In this document: positions 10,600 through 21,157 of the stretch, piece by piece | Layout: every line of letters begins with the position of its first letter | Position numbering within the stretch: position 1 is the first letter of the stretch | NCBI RefSeq assembly: GCF_003019035.1 | Contig: NZ_CP027447.1 | DNA from: Escherichia coli | GTDB taxonomy: Bacteria; Pseudomonadota; Gammaproteobacteria; Enterobacterales; Enterobacteriaceae | DNA: 64,000 nucleotides | Reading direction: 5' to 3' (one strand) | Notes under the pieces: generated by a model | Told to the model about the DNA's origin: nothing | Database searches by the model: none | The model's input: the letters and a program-made list of their open reading frames with translations, nothing else | Made by a program: the position numbers and the translations under genes

Positions 10600-10660
10600 T
10601 TGATGATGTGATCCTAATCTCTTCAGGTACGCTACCGCCCTTGGCTTAACAGCTACCAAT
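10600..10660 (-). promoter_or_regulatory. JUMPstart element with ops (5'-GGCGGTAG-3' on the transcribed strand) in the kpsM leader
   Basis: Reverse complement of about 10632-10639 is GGCGGTAG, about 33 bp upstream of the kpsM ATG, embedded in GGTAGCTGTTAAGCCAAGGGCGGTAGCGT. Confidence 0.65.
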
Positions 10661-11637
10661 ACACTGGAGGTAATGCTTATTTGTAACTGGATAAAATTTA
10701 CTCAGACGGTTTGACCTTTTTAATAGCCGCAAAAAATTTCAGCAGAAATTATTTCCGCAGGGATAAATAGATCTATTTCCGTCTCGTTTCTTCTAATCCA
10801 TTCTTCAGGCATGAATGTATTCGGTCTTCTGGTAATTTCAGAAAACTGGCCGTTTTAGAATGTAGAGTTAATTTCTCAGGAAATTATTTTTTGTTCTTAC
10901 TGTTAACTACTTGATTATAATACCCCATATGGATTTTATGCGTAACAATACCTGCAATCTGTTTCAAACCAGAACGCATGCGATTGATTACCAATAAATT
11001 GTTTAGCGAGAAACTATTTCCCTATTTAAAATTCACTCATGTACTTCTTATTTATATCTACAGCACCCTCTTTACAGTCACATTTGTGATTTACATCACA
11101 TTTAAACGGTGTTATTTAAGCCCCATTAATAATTCCGTGAGTAATTATTTTCGTCAATTAAAATATACATCTTGATTATTTTGTGCGTTTATTTTAACCA
11201 GCGTTACAGCCAGCATTATCCCTCAGTAGATATACCTGAGCAGACATTTCTTAAAATCGACGAATAGTTTCCCTGGAAATTATTATGCTTATTTGAAATT
11301 CCCTTTCTGATTATCTCCAGTAATTTTACTAATTTCCAGGCTACACAAAATACAGATCACATAAGAATTATCCTATATGTTTTGACCTATCAATTGTTAC
11401 TCAATGATTTATTACAACTATTAATAATCATAATGTGTCAAAACACTTAAGCATCTTTACAGTCTTAGAAAGGTGTCGATTAACGAAGGCTACATGGTGA
11501 AAAACAGGTTCCTTCAGTGTTACCGAATATTCCGTGGTGGTCTGGAGGGAGATAATTCTTGCTACATCGAAACTCAGCCCGGTGAGCGGGTTTGACAGTT
11601 CCGCACTCACCATTGGGCTAAGGGTTATCAGGTGGGG

Positions 11638-12192
11638 TTAAGGAAATGGCAATACCTCCCCCCGTCCAAACTCCAGTCGCTGCACATTCACCATCCCAGG
11701 CTTCTCAGCAGCACTGACATCAATTTGTGTCACCCGCAGCGCATATTTTTCATCCAGTGCGTTTAACCAGTTCAGCAGGTCATTAAACACCACAGGTTCT
11801 ATCCAGACTTGAATATTCTCCCCTCGCTCGGCTATTCGCTTAATGACCACTGAATGCGCCGAAGCACTGTCGCTGATGACCCGCGATACCTGTGCTGGCG
11901 TTGTCGTGGCGGATTTTCGCGCCGCAATAATATCCGGCGCAGTGCTCTTCAGTCGCGCGTTCATCGCCACGAGCTGCTGCAACATCGTCTCCTGTTGTTC
12001 TATCCGTTCGCTCAACGGCTGCCAGATGAGGACGTAATATCCGGCGCTAAACAGGAACACTACCGCTGCCAGTAACATGCCTTTTTCACGCGGAGAACGT
12101 CCCGCCAGGTGTTGTGTCAGCCAGTGTTCGCCACGGCTTAACTGGCGTTCACGCCATTGCTGAAAATAGTGAATAAATTTATCGCGTAACAT
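11638..12192 (-). CDS. gspM: Type II secretion system protein M
   Basis: 184 aa, single TM segment; last gene of the co-linear gsp operon. Confidence 0.8.
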   Translation of the reverse strand: MLRDKFIHYFQQWRERQLSRGEHWLTQHLAGRSPREKGMLLAAVVFLFSAGYYVLIWQPLSERIEQQETMLQQLVAMNARLKSTAPDIIAARKSATTTPAQVSRVISDSASAHSVVIKRIAERGENIQVWIEPVVFNDLLNWLNALDEKYALRVTQIDVSAAEKPGMVNVQRLEFGRGEVLPFP

Positions 12193-12193
12193 G

Positions 12194-13372
12194 TTATTTC
12201 CTCCGCAACGTTACGCCGCCGGAAACCGCATCACCCTCTTTCTGTAACGCGTCCTGTTGCACAACATAATCTGCCGCCAGTGCACTACGCAGTTTGTCGA
12301 AACTGGCAAAGTTCGCGGCCCGCAGCTGGAGGTGAAGCGTCTGGCGTTTTTGATCAAAGGTGAAACCACGCATCTCGATGTCGGAAAGTGACGCCGTTTT
12401 CAGAGTACTGGCGATCGCTGACAATTCTGCGAGCAGCCGGGTATCGTCGGCCTGTGGGCGATATTTTTTCAGCGCCATCGTCACCTGAGAGCGTAAATTC
12501 ACAATCCGCTTCTGCTCCGGGAATAGCGTTAAGAACTGTTTCTCCGCCTGGGTGCGGCTTTGCGCCACCTGTTCGCTGACGCTCCATAACGTCACGCCCC
12601 GTTCCACTACCAGCGCAACCAGAATCAGCAATATCGGCAGAATCATCACCCGCCAGCGCGCCCACTGTTTTCGGTAGCTGACACGAGGCTGCCACGGCCC
12701 TGTTAGCAGGTTCCCTTCCGGTTCGCCATAAGTGGTAATGGCGGGCAGAGCCGTAACGGTCAGGCGTTCGGCGTCCGCACCAGCCCATGCAGACAGTTCT
12801 TCCGGTGCAATGCCGACCACGGTTAGCGAAAGCGGTAAATCCTGCTCATTGAGCTGGGCGTGGAACATGACCGGAGCCAGCGCCAGCCCGGCACTCCATC
12901 CCCGGCATTCATCGATGCGGCAGATAACCCGTTGCGCATCGCCAGCCATAAACCCACAAGGAATGGACATCCAGTCCGGCGCGACGATAGCGCGGGTGAT
13001 GCCGTTTGCCTGCAACCACTGCGCAATGTTGCGCATATGCTGCTGGTGAATCACAGCTACGGTTGCCAGTTGCTGGTCGATTTTCAACGGGGCGAAATGC
13101 AGTTCATCGATATCCTGGTTCAGCTCTTCTTCCAGCAAGGCGGGCAGAATCGTCGGTATCTGCTTGCGGGGCACATCAGGCAGTTCAACCTGCCAGACGC
13201 TGATCCATTCGCCGGGAATGTAGAGTCGAATCGCATCAGTTTGCAGCCATTGCTGGAGACATTCATCAGCAACGTCAGGCCAGATGCCGCACTCCACGTC
13301 GGCGGTACGACGCTGCCAACGGATGGGAGCGGAAGCGCAAAGCGGGAAAAAAATCTCAAGCATGGAACTCAC
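12194..13372 (-). CDS. gspL: Type II secretion system protein L
   Basis: 392 aa; position and size in gsp operon; central TM segment. Confidence 0.8.
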   Translation of the reverse strand: MSSMLEIFFPLCASAPIRWQRRTADVECGIWPDVADECLQQWLQTDAIRLYIPGEWISVWQVELPDVPRKQIPTILPALLEEELNQDIDELHFAPLKIDQQLATVAVIHQQHMRNIAQWLQANGITRAIVAPDWMSIPCGFMAGDAQRVICRIDECRGWSAGLALAPVMFHAQLNEQDLPLSLTVVGIAPEELSAWAGADAERLTVTALPAITTYGEPEGNLLTGPWQPRVSYRKQWARWRVMILPILLILVALVVERGVTLWSVSEQVAQSRTQAEKQFLTLFPEQKRIVNLRSQVTMALKKYRPQADDTRLLAELSAIASTLKTASLSDIEMRGFTFDQKRQTLHLQLRAANFASFDKLRSALAADYVVQQDALQKEGDAVSGGVTLRRK

Positions 13373-14346
13373 TCACTTTCTCCTGTCTGATGCCAGAGAA
13401 CAGAAAAGTGTTGTGGGCCCATGCGGACAATTAACGAATTCATCGTCAGTTCAATCTCATTCACGGTGATATCTGAACGCAGCCAGAAGTAATTGCTGTC
13501 CACGCTCAGGACGGTTTTTAGCTGTTTTTTAGTACGCTCATCGACGTCTGCAAGTAGCGGCTGAGCAAGAAACTGATCGACATCTTCCCAGCCCTTCGCC
13601 GGACGTTGTTGTAATAACGCCCGCGCCTGAACAGGGCTTAACCACGGGTCAAACAGCGCCTCAAGAATCACACTTTGCGTGACATCTAATGTATTGATGT
13701 TGATTTGCTGGCGGGCCATCGGCAGCGCACAGACCAACGGTTTCAGTTTTTGATAAAGCCCGGCGTCCATTCCCTGTACCACGCGCATTTCGCTGATATC
13801 AGCCAGCGGTTGATTAGCGGCGTAGAACGGCACCGAGCGGGCGAGATACTCGCTGTCTTCACGCCCCAGACGCGTCTGCACGCTGCGGTCCTCGTCAATA
13901 AACTCCCACAGGCTTTCGGCTATCAGTTCGGCCCGATAAGCAGGCACATCCAGGCGCGAGATCAGGGCAATCAGTTGTTGTACCGCGATAGGACGCGACG
14001 CCGTTGTCGGCTGAGCGAGGGCATTCAGGTTAAAGCAGGCCTGGGCGTCATGCAGGGTGACGGCAATTTGCCCCTGCGGCAGTGGGAAAAAACGAGGGCC
14101 GGAAGCCCACGGCTGCGCCAGATGCACGCGCTTTTCATTTTTCAGGCTCAGACTGAGTGCGCTCAACGCCAGGCTTTCCGCACTGGCGCTGTACCACAGC
14201 GCCTGCTGGTACTCCTGCTGGCTGCGCGTTCGCCCAAGTTGTTGCTGCATCCGCCCGGAAAGCGTGATGGTCACCAGCATCATAACCGCCAGCAATACCA
14301 GCACCACGACCAGTGCCATTCCGCGTTTTGGTGGTGAGGTGATCAT
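13369..14346 (-). CDS. gspK: Type II secretion minor pseudopilin K
   Basis: 325 aa; N-terminal hydrophobic pseudopilin segment; overlaps neighbours by 4 nt. Confidence 0.8.
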   Translation of the reverse strand: MITSPPKRGMALVVVLVLLAVMMLVTITLSGRMQQQLGRTRSQQEYQQALWYSASAESLALSALSLSLKNEKRVHLAQPWASGPRFFPLPQGQIAVTLHDAQACFNLNALAQPTTASRPIAVQQLIALISRLDVPAYRAELIAESLWEFIDEDRSVQTRLGREDSEYLARSVPFYAANQPLADISEMRVVQGMDAGLYQKLKPLVCALPMARQQININTLDVTQSVILEALFDPWLSPVQARALLQQRPAKGWEDVDQFLAQPLLADVDERTKKQLKTVLSVDSNYFWLRSDITVNEIELTMNSLIVRMGPQHFSVLWHQTGESE

Positions 14347-14948
14347 GATAATTGCGGCCCGCGTAACAACCAGATGCGTTCAATTTCGCCCCATTGCGGC
14401 GAATGCAGGGTTATGCGTACTGCCACAGGAATCGCCTGCACTGATGACCAGCTCTCCTGCCAGCGCGTGCCGTCGTAGAACTGCAAACGGAGCGAATCCG
14501 CCGGGATTAATTTTTGCGTTGTTGGCTTCACGCTGCCTGCCGCATCGGTCAGTGGCCAGGCTAACCGTTCGAGATAACCACCATGAATGCGGTAACCGAC
14601 GGTGAGCAGATTACTGCGCGGCAGACGCATCAACGGATTAACCACGCCGCCGCGCACAAAACGCATCCCTTCACTCTCAGACGCCAGCACGCCAGCGCCC
14701 GCCAGTAACGCTGGTTCACGCTGGCCCTGATCGCCTCTTACCGGACGCGGCATCATTTGTGTCAGATCGTGGTTCAAAAAACTCATCGTTTGCTGCATGA
14801 GGTTTAGTTTTTGATCGTGTCCGGCGACGGCGCTATTCACGCGTGTAACGCCGTTTGTCACCTGCTGCGCCATCAGTGCCAGTGAGGCAAAAATGGCAAT
14901 TGCCACCAGCATTTCCAGTAACGTGAAACCAGCGCAAGTCCTTCTCAC
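14343..14948 (-). CDS. gspJ: Type II secretion minor pseudopilin J
   Basis: 201 aa; prepilin-type N-terminus GFTLLEMLVAIAIF. Confidence 0.8.
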   Translation of the reverse strand: MRRTCAGFTLLEMLVAIAIFASLALMAQQVTNGVTRVNSAVAGHDQKLNLMQQTMSFLNHDLTQMMPRPVRGDQGQREPALLAGAGVLASESEGMRFVRGGVVNPLMRLPRSNLLTVGYRIHGGYLERLAWPLTDAAGSVKPTTQKLIPADSLRLQFYDGTRWQESWSSVQAIPVAVRITLHSPQWGEIERIWLLRGPQLS

Positions 14949-15316
14949 TGTTGGCCTCCCACGGCGCTAAACCAGGCGCGTCGTGACTGAATCACCGACG
15001 AAAAGTCTTCGTGACGGCTGACTTCAATATCCACTGCCTGGAGCAGCGCGTTGCCTGTACTCAGCGGTGTGGTTCGCCAGTACCAGCGGCTTCCTGCCAT
15101 ATCACTCTCGCCCTGGTGCCTGACCGCTCGTTGTTCACGGGTCATCAGGTAAAGCAGTGCGGTCTGGTTTTCAGCTACCCAGCCCGCTACCGTTTTTTCT
15201 TCAAGGATTTGCTGATTACTCAGCGCGCCGCTGGCGATCTGTAACACCGCCATGGCGGCCAACGCAAAAATCGCCAGCGCGAGCATTACTTCCAGCAAGG
15301 TAAATCCACGCTTCAT
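14945..15316 (-). CDS. gspI: Type II secretion minor pseudopilin I
   Basis: 123 aa; MKRGFTLLEVMLALAIF prepilin N-terminus. Confidence 0.8.
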   Translation of the reverse strand: MKRGFTLLEVMLALAIFALAAMAVLQIASGALSNQQILEEKTVAGWVAENQTALLYLMTREQRAVRHQGESDMAGSRWYWRTTPLSTGNALLQAVDIEVSRHEDFSSVIQSRRAWFSAVGGQQ

Positions 15317-15876
15317 GGCATCCCCTCATCACATTGATTGAGGGATAACACGCCATCGTGCGCCAGCTTTACCGCCCAACACGCGTTTTGTGCCGACGCG
15401 TAAAAACGCAGTGTAAACGGCGTGGCGGGTTCAAAAGGCGAAAAACGGATCTGCGGTGTCTTCTTTTTCGCCTCTTTTTGCAGCTCCAGTTCAATATCGT
15501 GCAGCGTCAGGCGACGACGCTGCAGCTCCAGCGCATATTCCTTCTGCCAGATATCACTTCCGGGTTGTAACAGCATCTGCACCTGTTTCGGCACCGTAAC
15601 CTGTGCCGATAACCGGGTCGCAGAAACGGGCAACCATTGCCCGTGACGACGCTGCATAAACTGGTAACCTGGCGGGTCGATTAGCACACCGAGTGTTTGC
15701 CCTTCGATCACTGCCCTGTCCTTAAACTGCGCAAAGCGAGTCAGAAAATCCTGCGCCGCTTTTTTCGCAGGCGGCTCTGAAGCGGTCGCAAAAGTCTGCA
15801 CCACGCCCGCACTGGCAAGGCCGATAAGGAAAATCACCAGCATGATTTCCAGAAGTGTGAATCCGCGTTCAGGCAC
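15313..15876 (-). CDS. gspH: Type II secretion minor pseudopilin H
   Basis: 187 aa; RGFTLLEIMLVIFLIG prepilin N-terminus. Confidence 0.8.
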   Translation of the reverse strand: MPERGFTLLEIMLVIFLIGLASAGVVQTFATASEPPAKKAAQDFLTRFAQFKDRAVIEGQTLGVLIDPPGYQFMQRRHGQWLPVSATRLSAQVTVPKQVQMLLQPGSDIWQKEYALELQRRRLTLHDIELELQKEAKKKTPQIRFSPFEPATPFTLRFYASAQNACWAVKLAHDGVLSLNQCDEGMP

Positions 15877-15879
15877 TGA

Positions 15880-16335
15880 TTACTGAAACTCCTGCAAATT
15901 CCAGTTACCGATATCTGCGCCAGCGCCCTCCCCGTTTTCCTGACCATCTGCTCCCAGGGTATAAACATCAAACAGCCCTTTTTCACCCGGGCTGAGATAC
16001 TGATAATCATTGCCCCACGGATCCTTTGGCAGTCGTTTAATGTATCCACCGGTACGGTAGTTACGGGAATCCGCCATATTGGCCGGTTGCTGGATCAGCG
16101 CCTCCAGCCCCTGTTCGGTAGTCGGATAACGCCCGTTATCCAGTCGGTACATATCCAGCGCATTCTCCAGCGCCACGATATCGCTGATGGCTTTTTGCCG
16201 ATCGGCTTTCTCTTTGTTGCCCAACAGGTTAGGCACCACCAGACTTGCCAGGACGCCAAGAATAACAATCACCACCATCACTTCCAGCAGGGTAAAACCT
16301 GCCCGTGGTTTTTGTGTGCGGGATAACGAATTCAT
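15880..16335 (-). CDS. gspG: Type II secretion major pseudopilin G
   Basis: GFTLLEVMVVIVILGVLASLVVPN prepilin motif; start set at internal Met (MNSLSRTQKPRAG) preceded by GGAG, rather than the longer track ORF. Confidence 0.85.
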   Translation of the reverse strand: MNSLSRTQKPRAGFTLLEVMVVIVILGVLASLVVPNLLGNKEKADRQKAISDIVALENALDMYRLDNGRYPTTEQGLEALIQQPANMADSRNYRTGGYIKRLPKDPWGNDYQYLSPGEKGLFDVYTLGADGQENGEGAGADIGNWNLQEFQ

Positions 16336-16351
16336 GTGATAACTCCGTAAA

Positions 16352-17575
16352 TTACATTCCAACCATATTGTTCAGTTGCAGCATCGGTTCGAGGATGGCG
16401 ATGACGATAAACAGCACCACGCCCGCCATCATCACCACCAGCGCCGGCTCAAACAGCCCTAACGCCAGCCCCACCTGGGTATCAAATTCCCGTTCCTGGT
16501 TGACCGCGGCCTGTTCAAGCATGGTTTCCAGCTCGCCGCTCTGTTCGCCGGAGGCGATCATGTACAGCATCATCGGCGGGAACAGGCGCAGATCCGCCAG
16601 CGCGGCGCGCAGGCTGCTTCCTTCGCGGACGCGATCTGCCGCCAGCAGCAGTTGTTGTTCGACATAGCGATTTGCCGACACGGCGGCAGCGGTCTGAATG
16701 CCTTCCAGTAGCGGAACACTGCTGGCGGTGAGGATGCTTAACGTGCGGGAAAAACGCGCCGTATTCAGCCCGCGCGCAACACGCCCCGTCACGGGCAAAC
16801 GCAGCAAGGTTTTATCCCAGCGCAGGCGCATCGCAGGATTTTTGAGTAGCCGTTGCCCCAACACCAGAAGCCCCAGCAAACCCGCCAGCCAGTACACGCC
16901 GCTGGTCTGTAACGTGTCGCTCATGGCGATGAGCATTCGGGTGGAGGCAGGCAGCGCGTGTCCGAGATGATCAAACTGTTCGATAATTTTCGGCACTACT
17001 GCCGTCAGCAAAATAGTGACCACGCCCGTTGCCACCACCAGCAGTACCAGCGGGTAGAGCATGGCCTGCAGCAGGCGAGATTTCAGGCGCTGTCGCTGTT
17101 CGGTGTAATCCGCCAGGCGATTGAGCACCACGTCGAGATGTCCGGATTTTTCTCCGGCAGCGACCATCGAACAAAACAGGGAGTCAAAGACGCGGGGATG
17201 TTCGCGCAGGCTGTCCGACAGGGTATAACCTTCCTGAATCCGGCTGCGCAGCGCCATTCCGAGGCTTTTTACATGCAGTTTTTCACTTTGCTCACTGACC
17301 GCCTGTAAGCAGGTTTCCAGCGGCATTGCTGCCTGCACCAGCGTTGCCAGTTGGCGTGTGAACAGCGCCAAATCTGCCGCCGCCACGCGACGATGTGCAT
17401 GCCGCCGACGCTGCAACATTCCCCCTGTCGAAGCATTCAGCCGGGCTTCAATGTGCACGGGGATAAGCTCTTTACCACGCAACAATTGACGGGCATGACG
17501 CGCGGAATCCGCCTCAATCATTCCTTTGGTTTTGCGACCATTACGCTCCAGCGCCTGATAGTAAAACAGTGCCAT
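16352..17575 (-). CDS. gspF: Type II secretion inner-membrane platform protein F
   Basis: 407 aa polytopic GspF-like protein. Confidence 0.85.
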   Translation of the reverse strand: MALFYYQALERNGRKTKGMIEADSARHARQLLRGKELIPVHIEARLNASTGGMLQRRRHAHRRVAAADLALFTRQLATLVQAAMPLETCLQAVSEQSEKLHVKSLGMALRSRIQEGYTLSDSLREHPRVFDSLFCSMVAAGEKSGHLDVVLNRLADYTEQRQRLKSRLLQAMLYPLVLLVVATGVVTILLTAVVPKIIEQFDHLGHALPASTRMLIAMSDTLQTSGVYWLAGLLGLLVLGQRLLKNPAMRLRWDKTLLRLPVTGRVARGLNTARFSRTLSILTASSVPLLEGIQTAAAVSANRYVEQQLLLAADRVREGSSLRAALADLRLFPPMMLYMIASGEQSGELETMLEQAAVNQEREFDTQVGLALGLFEPALVVMMAGVVLFIVIAILEPMLQLNNMVGM

Positions 17576-19068
17576 TACGCCTCCATGGTTACCCGCAGAA
17601 CTTCATCGAGAGAGGTTTCTCCGGCGAGCACTTTCTCAATGCCGTTGCTGCGGATACCCGCAGAGTGTTGCCGGACATAACGTTCCAGCTCCAGTTCCCC
17701 GGCCTGACGGTGGATCAAATCACGCAATGTGGCGTCCACCACGATCAGCTCATGGATGGCAGTACGTCCGCGAAAACCTTTGTGATTACAGGCGGGACAG
17801 CCCTGCGGATGGTACAGCGTGACGGTTCGCGCATCGGTAATCCCCAGCAGGCGTTTTTCTTCGTCGGTGGCAGGCGCGGACTGGCGGCAATCGGGACACA
17901 GCGTGCGAACCAGTCGCTGCGCCATCACGCCCGTCAGACTGGAAGAGAGCAGGAAAGGCTCAACGCCCATATCCTGCAAACGCGTGATCGCCCCCACCGC
18001 CGTGTTGGTATGCAGCGTGGAAAGTACCAGGTGTCCGGTCAGTGAAGCCTGAACAGCGATTTCTGCGGTTTCGGTATCGCGGATTTCACCGACCATCACC
18101 ACATCCGGGTCCTGACGCAAAATCGCGCGCAGGCCACGGGCGAAGGTCATGCCGACGCGGGTGTTAACCTGCGTCTGACCGATCCCTTCAATCATGTATT
18201 CGATAGGGTCTTCAACCGTGAGAATGTTACGCGAGTGGTTGTTCAGCTCCTGCAATCCAGCGTACAGCGTGGTGCTTTTGCCGGAACCGGTCGGCCCCGT
18301 CACCAGAAAAATGCCGTGCGGTTTGTGTAACAGCTGGCGCAACTGCGCAGTCAGTTCGAGACTTAAACCCAGACGCTCCAGCGTCAGGCGAGCCTGGTTT
18401 TTGTCCAGCAGTCGCAGCACCACCCGTTCCCCCCAGGCGGAAGGCATGGTGGAGACACGCACGTCAATCGCCCGACCGCCCAGCAGCAGCGCAATACGTC
18501 CATCCTGCGGTACGCGCTTTTCGGCGATATCCAGCCGCGCCATCACCTTGATACGCGAGACCAGCAGCGAGGCCAGTTTACGACCGGGGCGCAACATTTC
18601 ATGTAATGTGCCGTCAACACGAAAACGGATCACCAGACTCTTTTCAAACGTCTCAATGTGGATATCCGAAGCGCCTTCTTTAATCGCCTCTGCCAGCATG
18701 GCGTTGATCAGTTTGATGATCGGCGCATCGTCGTCACTTTCCAGCAAATCCTCGGTTTCCGGTAACTCTTCTGCGAGGGTAAAAAAGTCCTCGGCGGAGC
18801 CGAGATCTTCCATCAACTGGCGAGCCTCGGAGGAGTCCCGCTGCCAGACCGCATTCAGCCGCTGTTCAAATTCGGCCTCGTCGATTTGCCTCAGCGTAAA
18901 GGGCGCGTTCAGCCCCCGTTGCAGCTCCTGCAAAACAGAGAGCGACAACGGATGCACATGGAGGATCTCCAGCGACGCTTCGCACCATGCCACCAGGCTA
19001 AACCGACGGCTGAAACTATAGGGCAGACGCACGGTGTTAGCGGTGGTTTCCTGTGCTACAGGCACCAT
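17575..19068 (-). CDS. gspE: Type II secretion ATPase E
   Basis: 497 aa; Walker [10 protein letters not shown] and CxxC...CxxC zinc motif (CPDC, CPAC). Confidence 0.9.
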   Translation of the reverse strand: MVPVAQETTANTVRLPYSFSRRFSLVAWCEASLEILHVHPLSLSVLQELQRGLNAPFTLRQIDEAEFEQRLNAVWQRDSSEARQLMEDLGSAEDFFTLAEELPETEDLLESDDDAPIIKLINAMLAEAIKEGASDIHIETFEKSLVIRFRVDGTLHEMLRPGRKLASLLVSRIKVMARLDIAEKRVPQDGRIALLLGGRAIDVRVSTMPSAWGERVVLRLLDKNQARLTLERLGLSLELTAQLRQLLHKPHGIFLVTGPTGSGKSTTLYAGLQELNNHSRNILTVEDPIEYMIEGIGQTQVNTRVGMTFARGLRAILRQDPDVVMVGEIRDTETAEIAVQASLTGHLVLSTLHTNTAVGAITRLQDMGVEPFLLSSSLTGVMAQRLVRTLCPDCRQSAPATDEEKRLLGITDARTVTLYHPQGCPACNHKGFRGRTAIHELIVVDATLRDLIHRQAGELELERYVRQHSAGIRSNGIEKVLAGETSLDEVLRVTMEA

Positions 19069-21128
19069 TAACGCGTTCTCCCGGCATTAAGGAACGCACG
19101 AACTTCTGGCGGTAAGGCCTGATTTTGCGCAGGCAATATCGGCTGCGCGGTGTGCGGCATCAGGCTTAAGCCCTGCTCATCGCGGTAGATTTGCTCGGCG
19201 CGCATGTAGTTATATTTGCGCTGCGACACACCGTCTGCCGCCATACCGTCACGCAGAATGGTCGGGCGGATAAACACCATCAGGTTACGTTTTTCTTTTT
19301 TATCCGCCGTCGATTTAAACAGGTTACCAATCAACGGGATATCGCCCAGCAGCGGCACTTTCGCCACGCTTTCTCCCGCCTGGTCGTCCATCAGACCGCC
19401 AAGCACAATTAGCTCACCATCGTTAGCCAACACGGTGGTTTTCAGTTTGCGCTCACCAAACACCACGTCGAGGCTGGTCTGTCCTTCCACCTTCGACACT
19501 TCCTGCTCAATCACCATCTGTACCGCGTTTCCTTCGTTAATCTGCGGCGTGACTTTCAGCATGATGCCGACTTTTTTCCTTTCTACTGTATTGAAAGGAT
19601 TGCTGTTATTGGAGCCAACGGTAGAGCCGGTTAATACCGGAACGTCCTGACCCACCATGAAGAAGGCTTCCTGGTTGTCCAGCGTGGTGATGCTCGGCGT
19701 GGAGAGCACGTTAGAGCTGGAGTCGTTTTTAACCGCCTGCACCAGCGCCATCCAGTCGCCTTTCACCACACCAACCGCCGTACCGCTAAAGCCGGAAAGA
19801 AGCTGGGCGAGCGTGGAGAGATCGCCGTTGGTATCCGGGTTAATGGTGGTAGCGCCGTTTTCACTGATTACCGTCGAGCCTTTCTGCGGTTTTGCCTGAG
19901 AAATGGCTGCACCCAGCGTGCCAATAGGGATCTGCGTACCGTTAGCAAACTGCATTAATCCGGCATCTTTCGACGCCCACTGCACGCCGAAATTGATATT
20001 GCTGCCTTCGGCAACTTCCACGATTAACGCCTCGACATGCACCTGAGCACGGCGAATATCCAGTTGTTCAATCACGCTTTGCAGCGACTGCATGATGTCC
20101 TGCGGCGCGGTAACAATCAGGGCATTACTGTGTTTGCTGGCGGCGATGGAGACAACCTCACGCCCGCTACCGACCGTGCCTTCCGCCTCTTCTTTAGCCG
20201 CCGTGAGCGTGCCGCTGACCTGCTTCAGCACATCGACCAGATCTTCGGCTTTGCTGTATTTGAGATAGAAAACCTGGCTGTTGCCGCTGCGTTCCATTTC
20301 TGAGTCCAGCCGACGGATCAGGCGGCGCATTTTGTCCCGCGTGGCCGGGTCACCACTGACAATCACACTGTTGGTGCGTTCGTCGGCGACAATTTGAGAT
20401 TTCAGCGTCGCAGGCTGGTTCTCGCCGCTGTTTTTAGTCAGGCTTTCCAGCACGCGGGCGATTTCCGAAGCAGAGGCGTTATCCAGCGGGATCACCTCTT
20501 CAGTGCGATTACCCGCGTGATCCACACGCTGGATCACTTCCGTCAGCCGCTCCACGACGGAGGCGCGCCCGGTGAGCATAATCACGTTGGAGGGATCGTA
20601 ATTAACAACGTTGCCTGAGCCTGCGCTGTCGATCATCTGGCGCAGAATCGGTGCCAGTTCGCGTACCGAAACATTACGTACCGGCACGACTTTGGTGACC
20701 ATTTCATCGCCCGCGTAGTTGTCGCTGCCTTCACCAACCAGCGGCAGCGGCTCGACTTTCGCGGCACTGGATTTCACCACCTTCAGCACGTCGTTTTCCA
20801 TCGGTACGACCGCATACCCCTGTGCTTCCAGCAGGTTAAGGAATAGCTGGTAATACTGGCGTTCATTGAGCGGGGTCATGGTGCGAATACTCACTTTCCC
20901 CTGTACGCCCGGCCCCATAATGATGGTTTTATTAAGGTTAGCGCCGACGGTTTCGATGAACGATTTCAGGTCGGTATCTTTAAAATTAGCGGTGAAAGTG
21001 GCTTCTTCCGCCCAGACCGGTGAACTGCATAATGCCGCTGCCAGCACCAGCGGCAGTAAACGCTTTTTTGTTTTGAGGCCAGTTGTCTTCTTACGCCAGA
21101 CCGACAACGTCATATCACGCCAAAACAC
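19068..21128 (-). CDS. gspD: Type II secretion outer-membrane secretin D
   Basis: 686 aa; signal peptide and secretin C-terminal domain ([14 protein letters not shown]). Confidence 0.9.
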   Translation of the reverse strand: MFWRDMTLSVWRKKTTGLKTKKRLLPLVLAAALCSSPVWAEEATFTANFKDTDLKSFIETVGANLNKTIIMGPGVQGKVSIRTMTPLNERQYYQLFLNLLEAQGYAVVPMENDVLKVVKSSAAKVEPLPLVGEGSDNYAGDEMVTKVVPVRNVSVRELAPILRQMIDSAGSGNVVNYDPSNVIMLTGRASVVERLTEVIQRVDHAGNRTEEVIPLDNASASEIARVLESLTKNSGENQPATLKSQIVADERTNSVIVSGDPATRDKMRRLIRRLDSEMERSGNSQVFYLKYSKAEDLVDVLKQVSGTLTAAKEEAEGTVGSGREVVSIAASKHSNALIVTAPQDIMQSLQSVIEQLDIRRAQVHVEALIVEVAEGSNINFGVQWASKDAGLMQFANGTQIPIGTLGAAISQAKPQKGSTVISENGATTINPDTNGDLSTLAQLLSGFSGTAVGVVKGDWMALVQAVKNDSSSNVLSTPSITTLDNQEAFFMVGQDVPVLTGSTVGSNNSNPFNTVERKKVGIMLKVTPQINEGNAVQMVIEQEVSKVEGQTSLDVVFGERKLKTTVLANDGELIVLGGLMDDQAGESVAKVPLLGDIPLIGNLFKSTADKKEKRNLMVFIRPTILRDGMAADGVSQRKYNYMRAEQIYRDEQGLSLMPHTAQPILPAQNQALPPEVRAFLNAGRTR

Positions 21129-21157
21129 GATGAATGATTCTCCTGGATTAAATGCGG

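Noticed and set aside
10978-11613. Small ORFs (65 aa + strand, 61 aa - strand) in the kpsM-gspM spacer
   Set aside because: Very AT-rich leader DNA; ORFs of this size arise by chance and the products have no motifs.
10660-11637. Expected tRNA-Phe (pheV) island anchor next to gspM
   Set aside because: No sequence resembling the tRNA-Phe T-arm or acceptor stem was found on either strand by visual scan; the anchor is probably outside the window.
12354-14605. Long ORFs antisense to or overlapping gspL/gspK/gspJ (for example 12354-12788, 12860-13390, 13705-14337, 14057-14605)
   Set aside because: They lie within GC-rich coding sequence where stop-free antisense frames are expected; the translations are low-complexity Arg/Ala/Pro-rich without motifs; the gsp frames fully explain the region.
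18194-19021. 275-aa + strand ORF inside gspE, plus similar shadow ORFs inside yghJ (23568-24515), gss (53010-53873), hybC (58132-59082) and hybA (60409-61323)
   Set aside because: Antisense shadow ORFs of well-supported genes; Ser/Arg-rich compositions typical of reverse frames.
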